64,000 nucleotides of DNA from Octopus vulgaris (Eukaryota), in contig OX597839.1 of the NCBI GenBank assembly GCA_951406725.2, forward strand, positions 31,806,001 through 31,870,000, given 5' to 3'. Made by a program: the position numbers and the translations under genes. Position 1 is the first letter of the stretch. Every line of letters begins with the position of its first letter. Below, piece after piece: positions 39,166 to 52,862 of the stretch. The notes beneath the pieces were generated by a model. That model was not told the DNA's origin and ran no database searches. It saw nothing but the letters and a program-made list of their open reading frames with translations.

Positions 39166-40329
39166 TGTAGTTTTCTACACAGTACATGATTTTACACGAT
39201 ACATGTTTCTGTACACACTAAAATACAAATACATGTTTTCATTCACTATGCTCTACACATTTTCAGCATAATATACATTGTATATTTTGTATGGTAAACT
39301 CTACATGTTTTATACATTACGTTTTTAAACACACTTCCCTGCATGTTTTTGTTTCCTACACACCATATATTTTTCAAAACACTACATGTTTTGCACCCAC
39401 TAGAATACATGCTTTTGTGTCCAACACAGTTTTGCATAATATACACAACATATTTTGCCTGGTACAGCTGGTACAGCCTGGAACAGCTTTCTATACAATA
39501 CGCTACATGTCATTGTACACACTTCGCTACATGTTTAGTACATTATGCTCTGCATGTTTTTAAAGACACAAGTTTTTCTATACTATACATTACATGCACA
39601 ACATTTTTCTTGCACTTGCACTTATATTGATACACTGCAGTCGCTAGAGAGGAGCAGTTCAACCATATCTCAGTGTACATGCATTATCTAGGTATCTCTA
39701 GGAATGACAATAGCAGCTGGTGTTATGATAACTCTGCATTAATTTTGTTATCAAGTTTGTTGAGGTTGTAGACAACAATTGAATTAGCTGAAATCAGACA
39801 TTATTTACTGCTAATTTCATATCTGTTCACTGTTGGCAGTTCAGCATTACTTCAGATTTTCTAGATTTTCTACACACTGACGTATATAAACTATATTGGT
39901 TCTTGTAGCTTTTAAGGAGAGGATACAAGAAATAGTGTCACCGTCTTTTTATCTTTTACTTGTTTTAGTCATTGGAATGCAGCCATATATATACACATAC
40001 CTACAGACACATACACAAGTTCATATGCAAATGCACAGAAAATCATGGAAAGTTTTTGGAAAAGAATGCCCCTCGAACACACACAAAAGAAATTCCTCAA
40101 CATTTAGATGAGGATCAGTACTCAAATCAGAGATGGCAAAATCTCTCCAAGTTTTTCCAATATTAAAAAGTGTAAAGAGTAATGTCCTCTGTGTTACTTT
40201 CTTCATCAGCTTTCTCAGCATGGTACTCACTTGTAAGGGTCAGAGAACATGTGGATGAGGTGGACAATCCCTGCCTCTGTTACTACATTGGTATGGCTGC
40301 AGTTCAAGACTGAGACACCAACACAAGCC

Positions 40330-40965
40330 CCTTGTTGGCCAGACAGAGTCAACTCTGCAGTATGAACTGAAGTCACAGGAAGATTACCACCCACCCCATA
40401 AGATAGAGCTACCATTTCAGCTACCTGGGCACATAATTTCATCAGGGGCCCAGATCAACAGAGAAGTTGACACAGACTTGCAAAGTCAAGCAGCATATTC
40501 AGTAGACTGTACCAAACAGTTTGGGACTGTAAATGGCTGAGGAAAGCACATAAGAATCAATGTGTTTAGAGTCTTGTATTGACCATTGTCCACTACAACT
40601 CCAAGTTGTAGGTTAGCCACCATCAACAATTACAACCTTTGAGCACTTCCACCAGCACTGCCTCTGCACCATCCTCAGAATCTCCTGGAGTAATTTAATT
40701 TCCAAACAATGAATTCAAAAAGAAGTCACCAACGTCAAAGTCATGCTGTTAACTGTTCTGAGCTGGACAGGATCCCACAATGGAGGATCATAACCTGCCC
40801 AAGATTGCACTGGATGGCAAACTCACTTTTGGCACCTTGACCATTGCCAGTGGTCTACTTTCGCTTCCTATTGTGACACTTGGCAATATATCACTCACCA
40901 GAGCTTTTCTTTTTAGTATGTGTGTGTGTGTAGGGCTGATCTTGAAAACAAAAGGAGATTGAGAA
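40330..40965 (+). mobile_element. Highly degenerate RTE/BovB-like LINE fragment
   Basis: Frameshifted motifs FSYLG, QINREVD, EHFHQHCLCTILRISW, MEDHNLPKIALDGKL. Confidence 0.75.
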
Positions 40966-41139
40966 AGAAATGCAAAGAAGCAGGACTATGGCCAGGCCTG
41001 TCTGTCCAAAATTGGTCTCATCAGCAACAAGCAACCCTGAAGGTGACATGGATAGACCTCTTCATGAATCTCCATTGAGAAAGCCAAGCTATAATTATAT
41101 ATATATATACGTGGTACAAGTACTGTATTATCAGACATT

Positions 41140-41413
41140 CAGGAAAGGAAGGAAAGAGGATTTAATGTTTTAATGTTTCGAGCCTTGCTCTTCTTCAGAA
41201 ATAGAGATAAGTCCAAAAGAAGGGAAGACGGAGGAAGAAAATTGCCAACGATACACACGTGGTGTGTGGTCTGAAATGGTTGTGACTTCTGGTACTTGAC
41301 TGAAGAAAGAAAGCCAAGAATGAGCCGTCTTTTTTGCCAGTCCTTCTAATTGTTGTTTCCTTTGTGTTATCTATCTGTCTAAATGTTTTAATACCCTCTA
41401 TTGAGTTTTTGTT

Positions 41414-41417
<4 letters not shown>
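41140..41417 (-). mobile_element. Penelope-type terminal remnant with minimal hammerhead-like motif
   Basis: Minus strand CTGAAGA-a-gagc-aag-gctc-GAAAC-atta at ~41167-41201; bounded by (TA)n. Confidence 0.55.
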
Positions 41418-41486
<69 letters not shown>

Positions 41487-41937
41487 TACAGACATACATC
41501 ATGACAAAGAAATACACCAAGAACTAAAGTGATAGCAATGAAAGTAAGAGTAGTATAATAAGCTATTTTGCAATGAGGATGAGATCAGGTATTACATAAG
41601 GAAAAACATGAAATTTCATATTAAACATTAGAAATTAGATTGTTAGGAAATACACTTTGATTCATTTGATAGCAAATGATTTTTATTTGAACTTAATAGC
41701 AAGATAGGTGAAGGCAATATAACTATAAAAGCAAGTAGCTAATGGATTTATATATCAAATATGAAATAAAAGAAGCAAATACTAGTGGACTGGGAGACTG
41801 ACAGGTAGAAATGAAATTGGTGGTTGTATGTGTGTTGAAGGGGGGGAGGGTAAATAGAGATATCAATTTTAGTTGAATCAGAAATATGGATATATATATA
41901 TATATATATATAAAAAGAAACATATAGAAATGCAAAA

Positions 41938-41999
<62 letters not shown>

Positions 42000-42165
42000 T
42001 TTTCAATATATTTAGAAATGAAAGTTTCTGATAAAGGAGATAGAAACAAAATATGTCAAAGAAAAAAATAAAAGGGAATGAGAGATGATTCTGAATGAAA
42101 AATATTAGCAAAAATGTGATATCCAGCACAGGAAAGAAATTTATGTTTGAAAGAAGTAGCATCAG

Positions 42166-42168
<3 letters not shown>

Positions 42169-42199
<31 letters not shown>

Positions 42200-42203
42200 A
42201 ATA

Positions 42204-42249
<46 letters not shown>

Positions 42250-42305
42250 TAATAATAATGGTAATAATAATGATGATAATAATGGTAATAATAATGATGA
42301 TAATA
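42169..42305. repeat. (GAT)n(AAT)n microsatellite
   Basis: Direct reading of the sequence. Confidence 0.95.
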
Positions 42306-43680
42306 GACAAGTAGGCAGGAAGATACGGAGGAGAAGAGTAGCAGACAAAAGCGGAAGGAAGGAAGGCAAGGAGAAGAAGCAATTGCAGACAGAGATGTTG
42401 CATTGATAAAAATAAAAATTAAATTAAAAGTGTAGAATGAAAGAAGCGGCAACAGAAGCTGCAATGAAAGACGGAGCATCAAATGTTGAAATTTTCTTTT
42501 GAAATACAAAAAAAAATCTGAGTGAAAAAAATCTTCCATTTCACTGAAGAGAAAGAAAAACAGTCCAAAAAAATGTTTCAAAAAATAAAAAAGAGTAAAT
42601 AAATAAATGAAAGCGGTGGGGGTGACCATTATTAATAATAAAAGGTAGATATCAAAGAATTTCTTTTGTAAAAAAAGTACCCATTGCATATTCAAATGTG
42701 TAACTTGAAAAATACATACATGTTGTTTTGTTTAAGAATAGAATCTCTATTTTGTTTTAATGGTCTAAATACCCCCTCTCTGTCTCTTTCTTTATCTCTG
42801 TCTGTCTTTCTCTCTCACCGCACCCTCTTTGAGACATTCCTTCTCAGACTTCTTTCATATTTGCTGTGTCTGACCTCTCAACACAAGCAAATCAATGAAA
42901 CAGTTCTCCATGATAATGAAAAAAAAAAAATACAAAACAGAGAAAATAAAATAAAAGAAATCTGCCTCATCCTTGTCATCACCATCACCATCATCATCAT
43001 CATCAACATTATTACTACTACAAAGTTGTAGTAGTAGTAGTAGTAGTAGTAGAGGAGGTGGTTATAGTTGAAATATTGAAATATTTGCTAATGCCAATAA
43101 TGTCTCATGCTCTGGAAACGAAGACATATTCATTGGTATTCCTCCTTTGACAACAAATGTGAACAGAGAAAATAGATTTTTGTCTCTTTGTTTGAGTGTA
43201 AACTAGCATTTAATAATTCACAGACTGGAAGCAAAATGGTTAGTAAATAAAGTAGAAGGAAAGAAAATTTTAATATTTTCACATTTAAACAGATATCAAA
43301 TTTTAATAAACAAAAAATTGGCATCAGTAGATTCTTTTTTTCTTTATAAAAATATAAAATGTCTTTAAAGTTTTAAAATATAAACTTGTCCTCTGGGACA
43401 AATATAATTTACAAGCCACCCTGTCTTTTTTTTCCTTTCTTTGCATTTTGTTTTACTGTTGTTAACAAGTGTTCAATAACACCTGCTGCTCACTCGTTCT
43501 TACATAAGATGGGCAAATCATTCACAATTTCATGATGAAAATGAATTAAATATGCTGATCTTCTACTTTGATCTATGATAAATGATTCAAGAGCACCTTG
43601 CTTGCTTTTATTCTTGTTGTACCCTGCTATTATATATGGCTTAGGCAGAGAAAAACAAAATCCATAAATGGGGGGGGATA

Positions 43681-43720
<40 letters not shown>

Positions 43721-45277
43721 AAATAACAACCAGCAATCATCAGTCTCCAGCCCACCCTCCTCCTCCAACAAATTAGAAACTGTTGATAAATCAATATTCT
43801 GCTTTATTGCAGCTTCAAAATTATTTATTTTCAAATCAAGCTCTTATTAGCAAATATGATACTTGGATAATTTGCTATTATATGCATCTATAGTTTCCCA
43901 TTAACTGCTAAGGAAATATTCCGGATGACAATCGTACTTTGGTAAGCTATGGTGGCTTGTATAGTTTTCCAATTCCAAATATTTGCAGAAATGTCAGAAC
44001 AAATATTTTACAGTTAGATGCTTTTGTTGTACCAATCACTTAAAAAGAGAAAACAGTGTTTCAGGTTTTGGATTGCTTAACTTATTTAGAGAGAATATTT
44101 ACTAAGATTAAATTAACAATAGAAAACGATGATAAAAACATGAATAACAACTGTGATGGTTTCCTATCAGGTCACAAATTTATAGAAGGCAGAAATGAAA
44201 TTGTGTAATTGTCATGCTTTTTCTCAAGAGTATTGATGGTGTAAGGGAAGCGAATTAATTCACTTCAACTAGGAACAAAAACCAACTTACAGACTTTGTC
44301 CACTTAGCGCTTAAATAGACTTGCTATAATGGCATTTATCACAATAGCAACAACAATCATGCTCTCTCTACTGTATATACCCTGGCAACCTTGACACCTC
44401 ATCACTAGCATCTTTATCACTCTTTCCAGCTTCACACAGATTAGTCCCATCTACTCGTGTATAACGTCAACAGCTATGTATTTTCTTCACAACAAAATAC
44501 CTACTTCAGGCCCTTCCTCCATAACACCAACATAAAGCTAACCACTCTCTCCACTGTAGCTCCACTCAGTTGATGGGGCTCTTACTCTTGCAAGCTATAT
44601 GGTCAGCTCACAAGTGCTGATGCCACAAATATAGCACCTAATGCACTCTGTAAAATGATTGGTGTTACAAAGTGCAACCAGCCATAAAGAAAATATGGTG
44701 GAGTACATTGTGTGGTGTTGAAATAGATGTCCTAATAGAAAGACAACACTGAGAGCCAATCAATGAACCTTACAGATCTAAGATTACACTAAGTTCTCTT
44801 ATCACTGACCAGCCTACAGGGACATGCAAAGTATCATCCTTTGTTGCCACTGGACAAAGGAAAACTGCTTCCCTTCTCAACCAAAGGAGGACAGTAAGGT
44901 ATTCCTCATGGTTTTCTCAGTTGATAACCAGGTTTGTCCTCTGCATGCTTCAACAGCTGTTCAACATAGCCCCCAGCCCAAGCCAACAACGCTTGGGCAC
45001 AAGGTAGAGTTCAATTCTCAAAGTCAGCTGAGAAAAGCTGGTCGACTAATTTTCATTGGCTCCACTTGGAAAGGAATGAGGGAGGGAGAAGAGGGAAGTG
45101 CTGCTCTCCAGACAGAAACACAACAGTTCTATAGACAACTGGCATGAAACTGCAAAGAACAAATAAAATGCTCCTTTGCCTTTCTTGGGCAGTAGTTTCC
45201 TTTTTTCCCCTTTTGTCACAGTGATTGATTAAAAATTGTGGATATTAGATTAAGTTAACTCACAGTTATATTAATGA

Positions 45278-45562
45278 CTAGCAGTATCGCCCGGCGTTGC
45301 TCGGGTTTGTAAGGGAAATAACTATATAAGCATTTTTAGAGAGTTATAGCCAAAAAATAGCAAAAGAATTATGGTAAATTTCTTTTTAAATCGTTGACTC
45401 ATCGTAGACATTTTTAGAGAGTTACTTCCCTTATATAATAGCGAAAAAAATTATGGAAAATTTTTTTTTAAATCGTAGACTCATTGAAATGCAAAATGTG
45501 GGAGTAGTTAGGAATCTAAATCGTAGGAGACAGACACACAACCTTACTTTTATATATAAAGA
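45278..45562 (-). mobile_element. Non-autonomous Helitron, 285 bp
   Basis: Minus strand 5' TCtttatatataaaag, 3' hairpin cccgagcaacgccggg then CTAG; inserted between A and T with no TSD; internal repeat catttttagagagtta. Confidence 0.85.
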
Positions 45563-47035
45563 TGTAAGGTGGTGAAAAGATTAGCATCGAACACTGAAGT
45601 TAGATGTGCAGGCTTGGTTCAACAAGGACATCCATCATAAATCAGGGAAGTGAGTGGTTACATACACACATACACACATATACATCTATATACACACATA
45701 TATATATATATATGAAATTAGTGTGAAACAAGTGAGAAGTAAAACATGAATTTCTAATTTAAAAGTATGTTTCTGTTGCACTTTAGATAAACTGATAAAG
45801 TAGTGAAAGTGAAATTGTAAACCTTGTTGTGCTTTTGTCGATTTAATTTTATTAAAGTGAACAAAAGACAACCTATTGTAGAGAGTCGCAACATAAGAAT
45901 ACTTCATCTCCTCACTGAAAATGGATACCATTTGTTTGGAGAAATAACAACCAAGATATATGGTCATTGAGACTAGCTGGACCGCAGCTGTTTAAGGGAG
46001 GGGGTCACAAAATGGCCAAGAGATGATTGTGTTATTGATATTTTGTGTGAAAGTAGTAAATAAAGTAGAATAGAGTTTTCTTTTTAGCCAGGGAAGTTTA
46101 GCTTCAATTGAAATTGAACAATGGTATTTTATGTTCATTTTACAAGTAGTAAACATGATGAGGGGTGTACGTAGCTGTTTGATTGTGCAAGTAAATTAGT
46201 TTCATTAATCTAATTTTGGAGACAATTTGAATGAACATTTTAACCGAAAGAGAAAAAGAAATTACACAGCTATCTTTTCTAATGGTTTTATAGTATTTGA
46301 GCAGAAATAGAAGCAAAGTACATTGTTTGGGTTTGGGTAAAAGTTCAACGGCAAAGACATTTGATTTCATCTGACGATACCAAACAGAAAGAAATTTACT
46401 TTTGAGTAACGTATAAATAAGAAGCACTTTTCTGTACAAAAGGCTGAAATGATATTCTTACGGTTATAAAACGAATAAAGAGATAGACATCAGTTTTATG
46501 AGATGACTAATCAAAATGACATATTTCAAAATATAAACAATATTAGAAGAGCATTGGGGGTGAGGCGGGGGTGGGTGAGAAATAGAATTTAACAGATCGT
46601 AGATTCTAATTCAAACTATTCAACTAACAAGTAACTTACATTCCAACCAATACCAGACGAAATGATCTAAATATCAGTAACAATACTTCTGTCAAGAGTA
46701 GAGAATTATATATTAAATGTATTCTATCAGTAAATTCAAAAGTATATTGATAGAAATTTGGTTTAGTATTCAGAGAGTGAATAATTTACAGCACCCACAA
46801 ACTAATCTTTCTGAAAGCAACAGGACAAATCAGATAAGAACATTAAAGATGCACGGTGCTTTAATGTATCAGAAAGTGCATCGTGTTTGGATAAAAGCTG
46901 AAGTAGATAAACTGAATAAGTCATCGTTACAAGTAGAAGCATTGGCAGCCCTTGTGAGAAACTGTGTGTGCGGAAATGCAAACACATTCACACATAGATA
47001 CAACAAATACACATGTCTCTCTCTCCCTTTCACTT

Positions 47036-47040
47036 TATAT

Positions 47041-47081
<41 letters not shown>

Positions 47082-47445
47082 TATATATACATATATATAA
47101 TTATATATACATATACATATATGTATATACATATATATATATATACATATATATAATTATATATACATACATATATATATATACATACACATATATATAT
47201 ACATACATATATATATATATACACATACATATATATATATACACATACATATATATATATACATATATATACATACATGTATATACATATATATACATAC
47301 ATATATACATATACATACATACATACATAAATACATATACATATATATATATATATATATATACATATATACATATATATATACGTACATATATATATAT
47401 ACATATATATACATATATAAACATACACACACACACACATATATG
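47036..47445. repeat. Compound (TA)/(TACA) microsatellite
   Basis: Direct reading of the sequence. Confidence 0.95.
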
Positions 47446-47954
47446 CAACCCTATAGCTCTTACATACATCACACATACCTATAGTTAGATGAACAGATAT
47501 AGATTTCTATCACACATACGTTTGATCAATTTAACAATCACTAAACACTGATTGATCTCTATATACCAATTGACCCTTACACATGATCAGCCAGTCAATC
47601 TCACCAATCAAGTAGGTTGAAAACTGCAGACTGATGAGTCACTACAGAGTGACTGTTTAATCAATCACTACAAACCAATTGATCTCTACTTATCAATCAA
47701 CTGGTTGATCTGTACACACCAATCAGTTGACTGATCTCTAGATATCGACATGTCTATCACTATATATCAGTTGGTGACTAGAGACTAATTGAGTGACTGC
47801 TCTCTACAAGCTGACCAATCAGTCAATCTCTACAAACTAATCAATCAGTCAATCACAGCAAACTGATCAATCAGTTTATCAGGGCACACTGATTGGCTTG
47901 ATGATCTTTACTACATAGTGATCAATAGCTACACACTGATTGATCGTTTCCCAA

Positions 47955-48157
47955 ACCTTTACCTTTTACTTGTTTCAGTCATTAGACTGTGACCATGCTG
48001 GGGCATTGTCTTGAAGAATCTTTTGTCAAGTGATTTTCCCCTGGTACTTATTTCTTTTTCTTAAGCCTGGTACTTATTTGATTGATCTCTTTTGCTGAAG
48101 AGCTAAGTTATGGGGATGTAAACAAACCAACATTGGTTGCGAAATGGTAGTGAAGGA

Positions 48158-48195
<38 letters not shown>

Positions 48196-48345
48196 GGGTT
48201 TCTTTCAGTTTCTGTCCCCTCACAAGGCTTTGGCTGATCCAAGGCTACTGCAGGAGACACCTGCCCAAAGTGCCACTCAGTGGGACTGACCCTGGAGTCA
48301 TGGGGTTGGGAAGCAAGCTTCTTACCACACAACCATGTCTGTACC
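47955..48345 (-). mobile_element. Full-length CORE-like SINE
   Basis: cttttacttgtttcagtcattagactg...gggaagcaagcttcttaccacac. Confidence 0.88.
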
Positions 48346-48893
48346 CATATTCTGATCAGCTGCTACAGACCAATAGTTCCTAAATGAACCCATACTATTC
48401 CCCATACAGGGAGGAAGAGGGTGGGGCGTTAAGACCCAAGATGGTTTAATTAAGTTTAATTATAGCCTCTACCTTTACTAGAGAGAGATGAAAGTCGGGG
48501 CAGCAGTAAATATCCGGATGTTTCAGATGGCTTTCATTGCTATAGACCGATCAATCGATTAGTAGTGTCTGGCTGACTGCTCACGCACTACTGATTAATT
48601 TATAGACAGAGAGAAATAAACCTGTTGATTTATAGAGACAGATAATGATAGAGTGATCAACCGATTGATAGATTTGAGCCACATGAATAAAACAAAGATG
48701 CTGATGTAAAACATTAAATCTTTTTTGGGACCAGTCCACCTAGAGGTATGTAGATTCAGGTAGATAGGGTATTGATAAGTGCTGCATCTTGCCAGGTTTC
48801 CTGTTGTGAGCTCAACTGTCTCATGGACATAGCTTGAAGGGTTTACTGAGGTTTCTGCAACCCAACAGGTTGTGGGACTCACACTCACCAAAG

Positions 48894-48941
<48 letters not shown>

Positions 48942-49057
48942 ATATATAGTTGTATTTTACTGATTTAATGTTTTAATAAAGAATCTCTACTTTTACTAAT
49001 TCAGATAGTCCTCTTTAGGTTTCTAGTCTCCCTGACCTTTGATTCAAGAATTTTCAT

Positions 49058-49124
<67 letters not shown>

Positions 49125-49129
<5 letters not shown>

Positions 49130-49520
49130 ATAACTGTGGCCTGTGGTTCACAGGGACAGGAGTGCTTCCCACCCACACAGTTCCATGTTCAGTCCCACTG
49201 CATGACACCTTGAAAAAGTGTCTTCTATTATATCCCCAGGCTGACCAAAGCCTTGTCAGTAGATTTGGTAGATGGAAACTGAAAGAAGCCTGTCGTGTGT
49301 GTGTGAATGTGTGTCTGTGTTTGCCACACCCTTGCTAGACAGCCAGTGTCGGTGTGTTGAAGTCTCCATAACTTTGTGGTTCAGCAAAAGACACCAATAG
49401 AAGAAGTACCAGGCTTAAAGATAAGGAAGTTTTGGGGTCAATTCATTTGACTAAAAGGTCTTGAAGGTGGTGCTCCAGCATGGCCACAGTCTAATGACTG
49501 AAGTAAGCTTAATATAAAAA
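49125..49520 (+). mobile_element. Full-length CORE-like SINE
   Basis: Family motifs present from head to tail. Confidence 0.85.
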
Positions 49521-49523
49521 TAT

Positions 49524-49565
<42 letters not shown>

Positions 49566-49580
49566 TACATATCTCTCCAG

Positions 49581-49912
49581 TTCAGAACTCCTTTAGTTCC
49601 AAAGTCAATCTTTTTGTCTCAATGAAGAACTGGAATTTGTTTCCACACCAAAGAATGGTTTATAGCAACCAAGGAATGTTACGAGCTTAATACTTTGGTC
49701 GCACATTTGCTCTTTTATGGATTTACAGTTCCATTGTTCACTGGAATCATGTAGGCAATGCATCATCAATTGCGAACGATGCCAAAAATGGTGCAGTCAT
49801 TACTTCAACCATTCTCTGCCTTGGAAACACATCAGCTACAACAAAATCAAACAATGACAAAAAGGCCACAGAAATTATTGAGAAACTTTTAAAATTCATC
49901 CTTCACCGATAA
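49581..49912 (+). pseudogene. Coding-like unique segment: 109 codons with one internal TAA
   Basis: Acceptor atctctccag; QNSFSSKVNLFVSMKNWNLFPHQRMVYSNQGMLRA*YFGRTFALLWIYSSIVHWNHVGNASS...LLKFILHR*. Confidence 0.25.
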
Positions 49913-50129
49913 TTCAAGGGTTGTCAAAGAGCATACGTAAAATCAGTGACAAGTATCAGAGAATCTTCAGATTTATTTATGAGAGAAAAATCTAAAAATA
50001 TTAAATTTCTTCAATTTTATGTGACTTGAGGAAAATAATATGTAAAAGAAAATGAAAGGAAAGAGATTTCTATTTCAATTGTATTCACAAATAAAATAAT
50101 ATATTTACTTTTATAAATGGATTTTTTCC

Positions 50130-50161
<32 letters not shown>

Positions 50162-50735
50162 CCATCATTTAATGTCTAATTTCCCTGCTGGTATGGGTTG
50201 GATGGTTTGACAGGAATAGGCAAGTCATAAGACTGCACCCAGTCCTGCAGTCTGTTTTGCCATGGTTTCGACAGCTGGATGCTCTTCCTAATGCCAACCA
50301 CTTTACAGAGTGTCATCATCATCATTGTTCGACCGTGGTCGAGACAATGGAATTTACCATGCTACGCCAGACTTTACGGTCCATCATAGCATTACGGAAG
50401 TCCTGTTGCTGGATGCCTGTATCCCTTGGAGATTACATCAGGGTAGGAGAGTGTGCGCCCTCTGGTATTGCGAATAGATGGCTTCCAGAGGAGAAGAGTA
50501 GAAATTACCTCTTCTTCAGCTCTACAACAATGTCCAGCAAACTGGACTCTCCTACCTTTCACAGGAGATGACACAGATGGTAGTTTCCCATATATTTGCC
50601 TTTTGGTTGGATGGCACTTCCACGAGAGATTTTGAGCTCTCATAAGGAGTGTACTGGGTGTTTTTCACATGTCACCAGCAGCAGTGAGGTTATCAAGTAA
50701 CTTGCAGGACAAAACCCCCTCAACTGGGAGGAGTA
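50130..50735 (-). mobile_element. (TGA)n-tail SINE interrupted by an RTE LINE fragment
   Basis: SINE sequence cactttacagagtgt|actgggtg resumes after the insertion. Confidence 0.85.
50314..50646 (-). mobile_element. 5'-truncated RTE-type LINE 3' end with 6-bp TSD
   Basis: Near-identical to 33488-33866; TSD gagtgt at 50308-50313 and 50647-50652. Confidence 0.9.
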
Positions 50736-51789
50736 GTAGTACTAAGGGACAGGGAAGATGTGTTGCATTAGAAGAGAGGCATGGCTTCCTCGGATGAAGA
50801 AGAGAAAGAGTGTGAAAATGTGATGAGGTGGGGACAGGAAAGCCATAAATAACAGCATTTAAATACTGGGTTAAAAACCCTTTTGAAAGAAAAACTTAAA
50901 GGCTGCCTGTAGGGCTCAAACCCACAACTCCTGTAAACATGACAGACTGTTGTCCTATTGGTAGCCTTTGAGTTTTTTTGACCAAATATTTAAATGCTAT
51001 TATTTATAGTATTATCTACTTTGAGCTCCACTGTTAAAAAAAACAGAGATTTATTTCACTTAATCTCACAGTTTCTAAACTCTTATGACAGAAGCAATTT
51101 TTACTTTTGTTTGTAATTCTGGTATCCACATTCTGTTAATAACAGATTTTCTGCAAGCATTTCATTAAATGACACCAGGAGACACAATTCAATAAAGCTG
51201 TTTATTTTTTGCTGTTGTTGTTATTGTTGTTGTTGTTGGTTATTCTATCTTGTTTCATACAAAACAAAAATCTATCAACAATATATATATTTAAAAATCT
51301 GTCTGGTGTCTCATTGTCATTCTTTTCTTCCACAAGTGAAGATTTAGCAGGTCGTTGGGGTTAAATTACATCATGCTAGTCACTTGGTGACTTGTGGCAG
51401 AACTGTTGCTATCTGGGAAATCTGATCAATTTATTCCATTGATTTCTCCGTCGTCTATATTGCAATCACAAAGCTTTGACTAAGCAATGTTATGGTCTAA
51501 AGATTTTTTTACACTCTCAAATGGCATATTGCACATATCTACAAACATAAAACATCCGTCAGACAAAAATTTACATATATACATGGGTGTGGTGGGGTGC
51601 ATAGTTATGTGTGAGTGAAAGAGGTGGGGAGAAAATGGGGGGGTATATAAGTGTTTAGTATCAGGAATAAAAGCTGTGTGTGTAGATGTGTGTGAGTGAG
51701 GGAGAGGAGGGGAAAGAAAAAGTGTGTGTATGGATGGTGGTTGGGAGGAGGGGTATATGAGTAAGTGTTTAGTTATCAGGAATAAAGGC

Positions 51790-52000
51790 TTGTCTGTGCT
51801 TGTCCTCACCACCACTTGACAATTGGTGTTGGTGTGTTTACATTTTCCTAACTTAGCAGTTTGGCAAAAGAGACTGATAGAATAAGAACCAGGCTTTAGA
51901 AAAAAAAGTAAGTACTGGGGTTGACTCATTCAACTAAGAATTCTTCAAGGCGGTGTTCCAGCATGGCCACAGTCTAATGACTGAAACAAGATAAAAGATG
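51790..52000 (+). mobile_element. CORE-like SINE 3' half
   Basis: cttgacaattggtgttgg...ccagcatggccacagtctaatgactgaaacaag. Confidence 0.85.
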
Positions 52001-52862
52001 TGTGTGTGTGTGTCTGTGTGTGTGCATGCGTATGTAATACAGACAGGTGTAGTACAAAAAGAAAAGAGTTGTTAAACATATGTCAGCATTATTAAACATC
52101 CAAATGATCAGACATGCTTTTTGTGTCTGTGAAACAGTTGATTAAAGCAAATTTGAGTCAAACCATCAATACACACACACGTGTGTGTAACTGTGTGTGA
52201 GGGAGAGACAGAGAGAGGGAGGGGAGAGGGAGAGCATTCATTGTGTTCTGTTTCCTATCATAACTTTACTTACAGAACTCATGAACAACGATAATTTTAT
52301 TTTTATATTTTATCTTTGCTTACAAGAAAACTACCATTTACTATTTGAATGGTTGAACAAACTAAGCTAAATAATTAGATTTCGTAAGATTTCAATAGCA
52401 GACAGACAAGGTGTTGGACAATCACACTGTAATTATACTACGGCAATATATTATTTCAGAAGACTAGAGGGAAAATAACTCAGCATGTTTACGTACATCT
52501 GTAGATCATAGTAAAGAGGAGACACATCCAGATAGAATGGAAATGGAGATTATTGTCAACAAACAAATTGTGAACATTACTAAATGATTATATAATAGAT
52601 GCAGAAATAAATAGGATAACTGCCTAAGCCTCTAATCACTAACAAGAACAAGTAAGTGCATTATAGTGAGATAGGTTAATTCTCAATAATCTAAGTAAAG
52701 CAGGAGTGAAATACTTGTCAACAAATAATCAAGCTGAAATGAAGGTAAATAAAAGAGAGAGAATGATGTCTCGAGCCACTCTGGAAGCTGGCAATTGAAA
52801 AACAGTTCTAAAAACAGAGTTTCAACTAAAGACATTATTGTCTGTCAAATCAAAGGATATAT

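Noticed and set aside
38831-39271. 146-aa repetitive ORF
   Set aside because: Arises from the 35-bp minisatellite, open in all three frames, with a unit not divisible by 3
40227-40442. Minus-strand ORF ending at a gtgagt donor-like site
   Set aside because: About half of it is antisense to the degenerate RTE fragment, and there is no good acceptor
44824-45147. 107-aa ORF in unique sequence
   Set aside because: No recognisable motif and no clear splice-phase link to the other candidates
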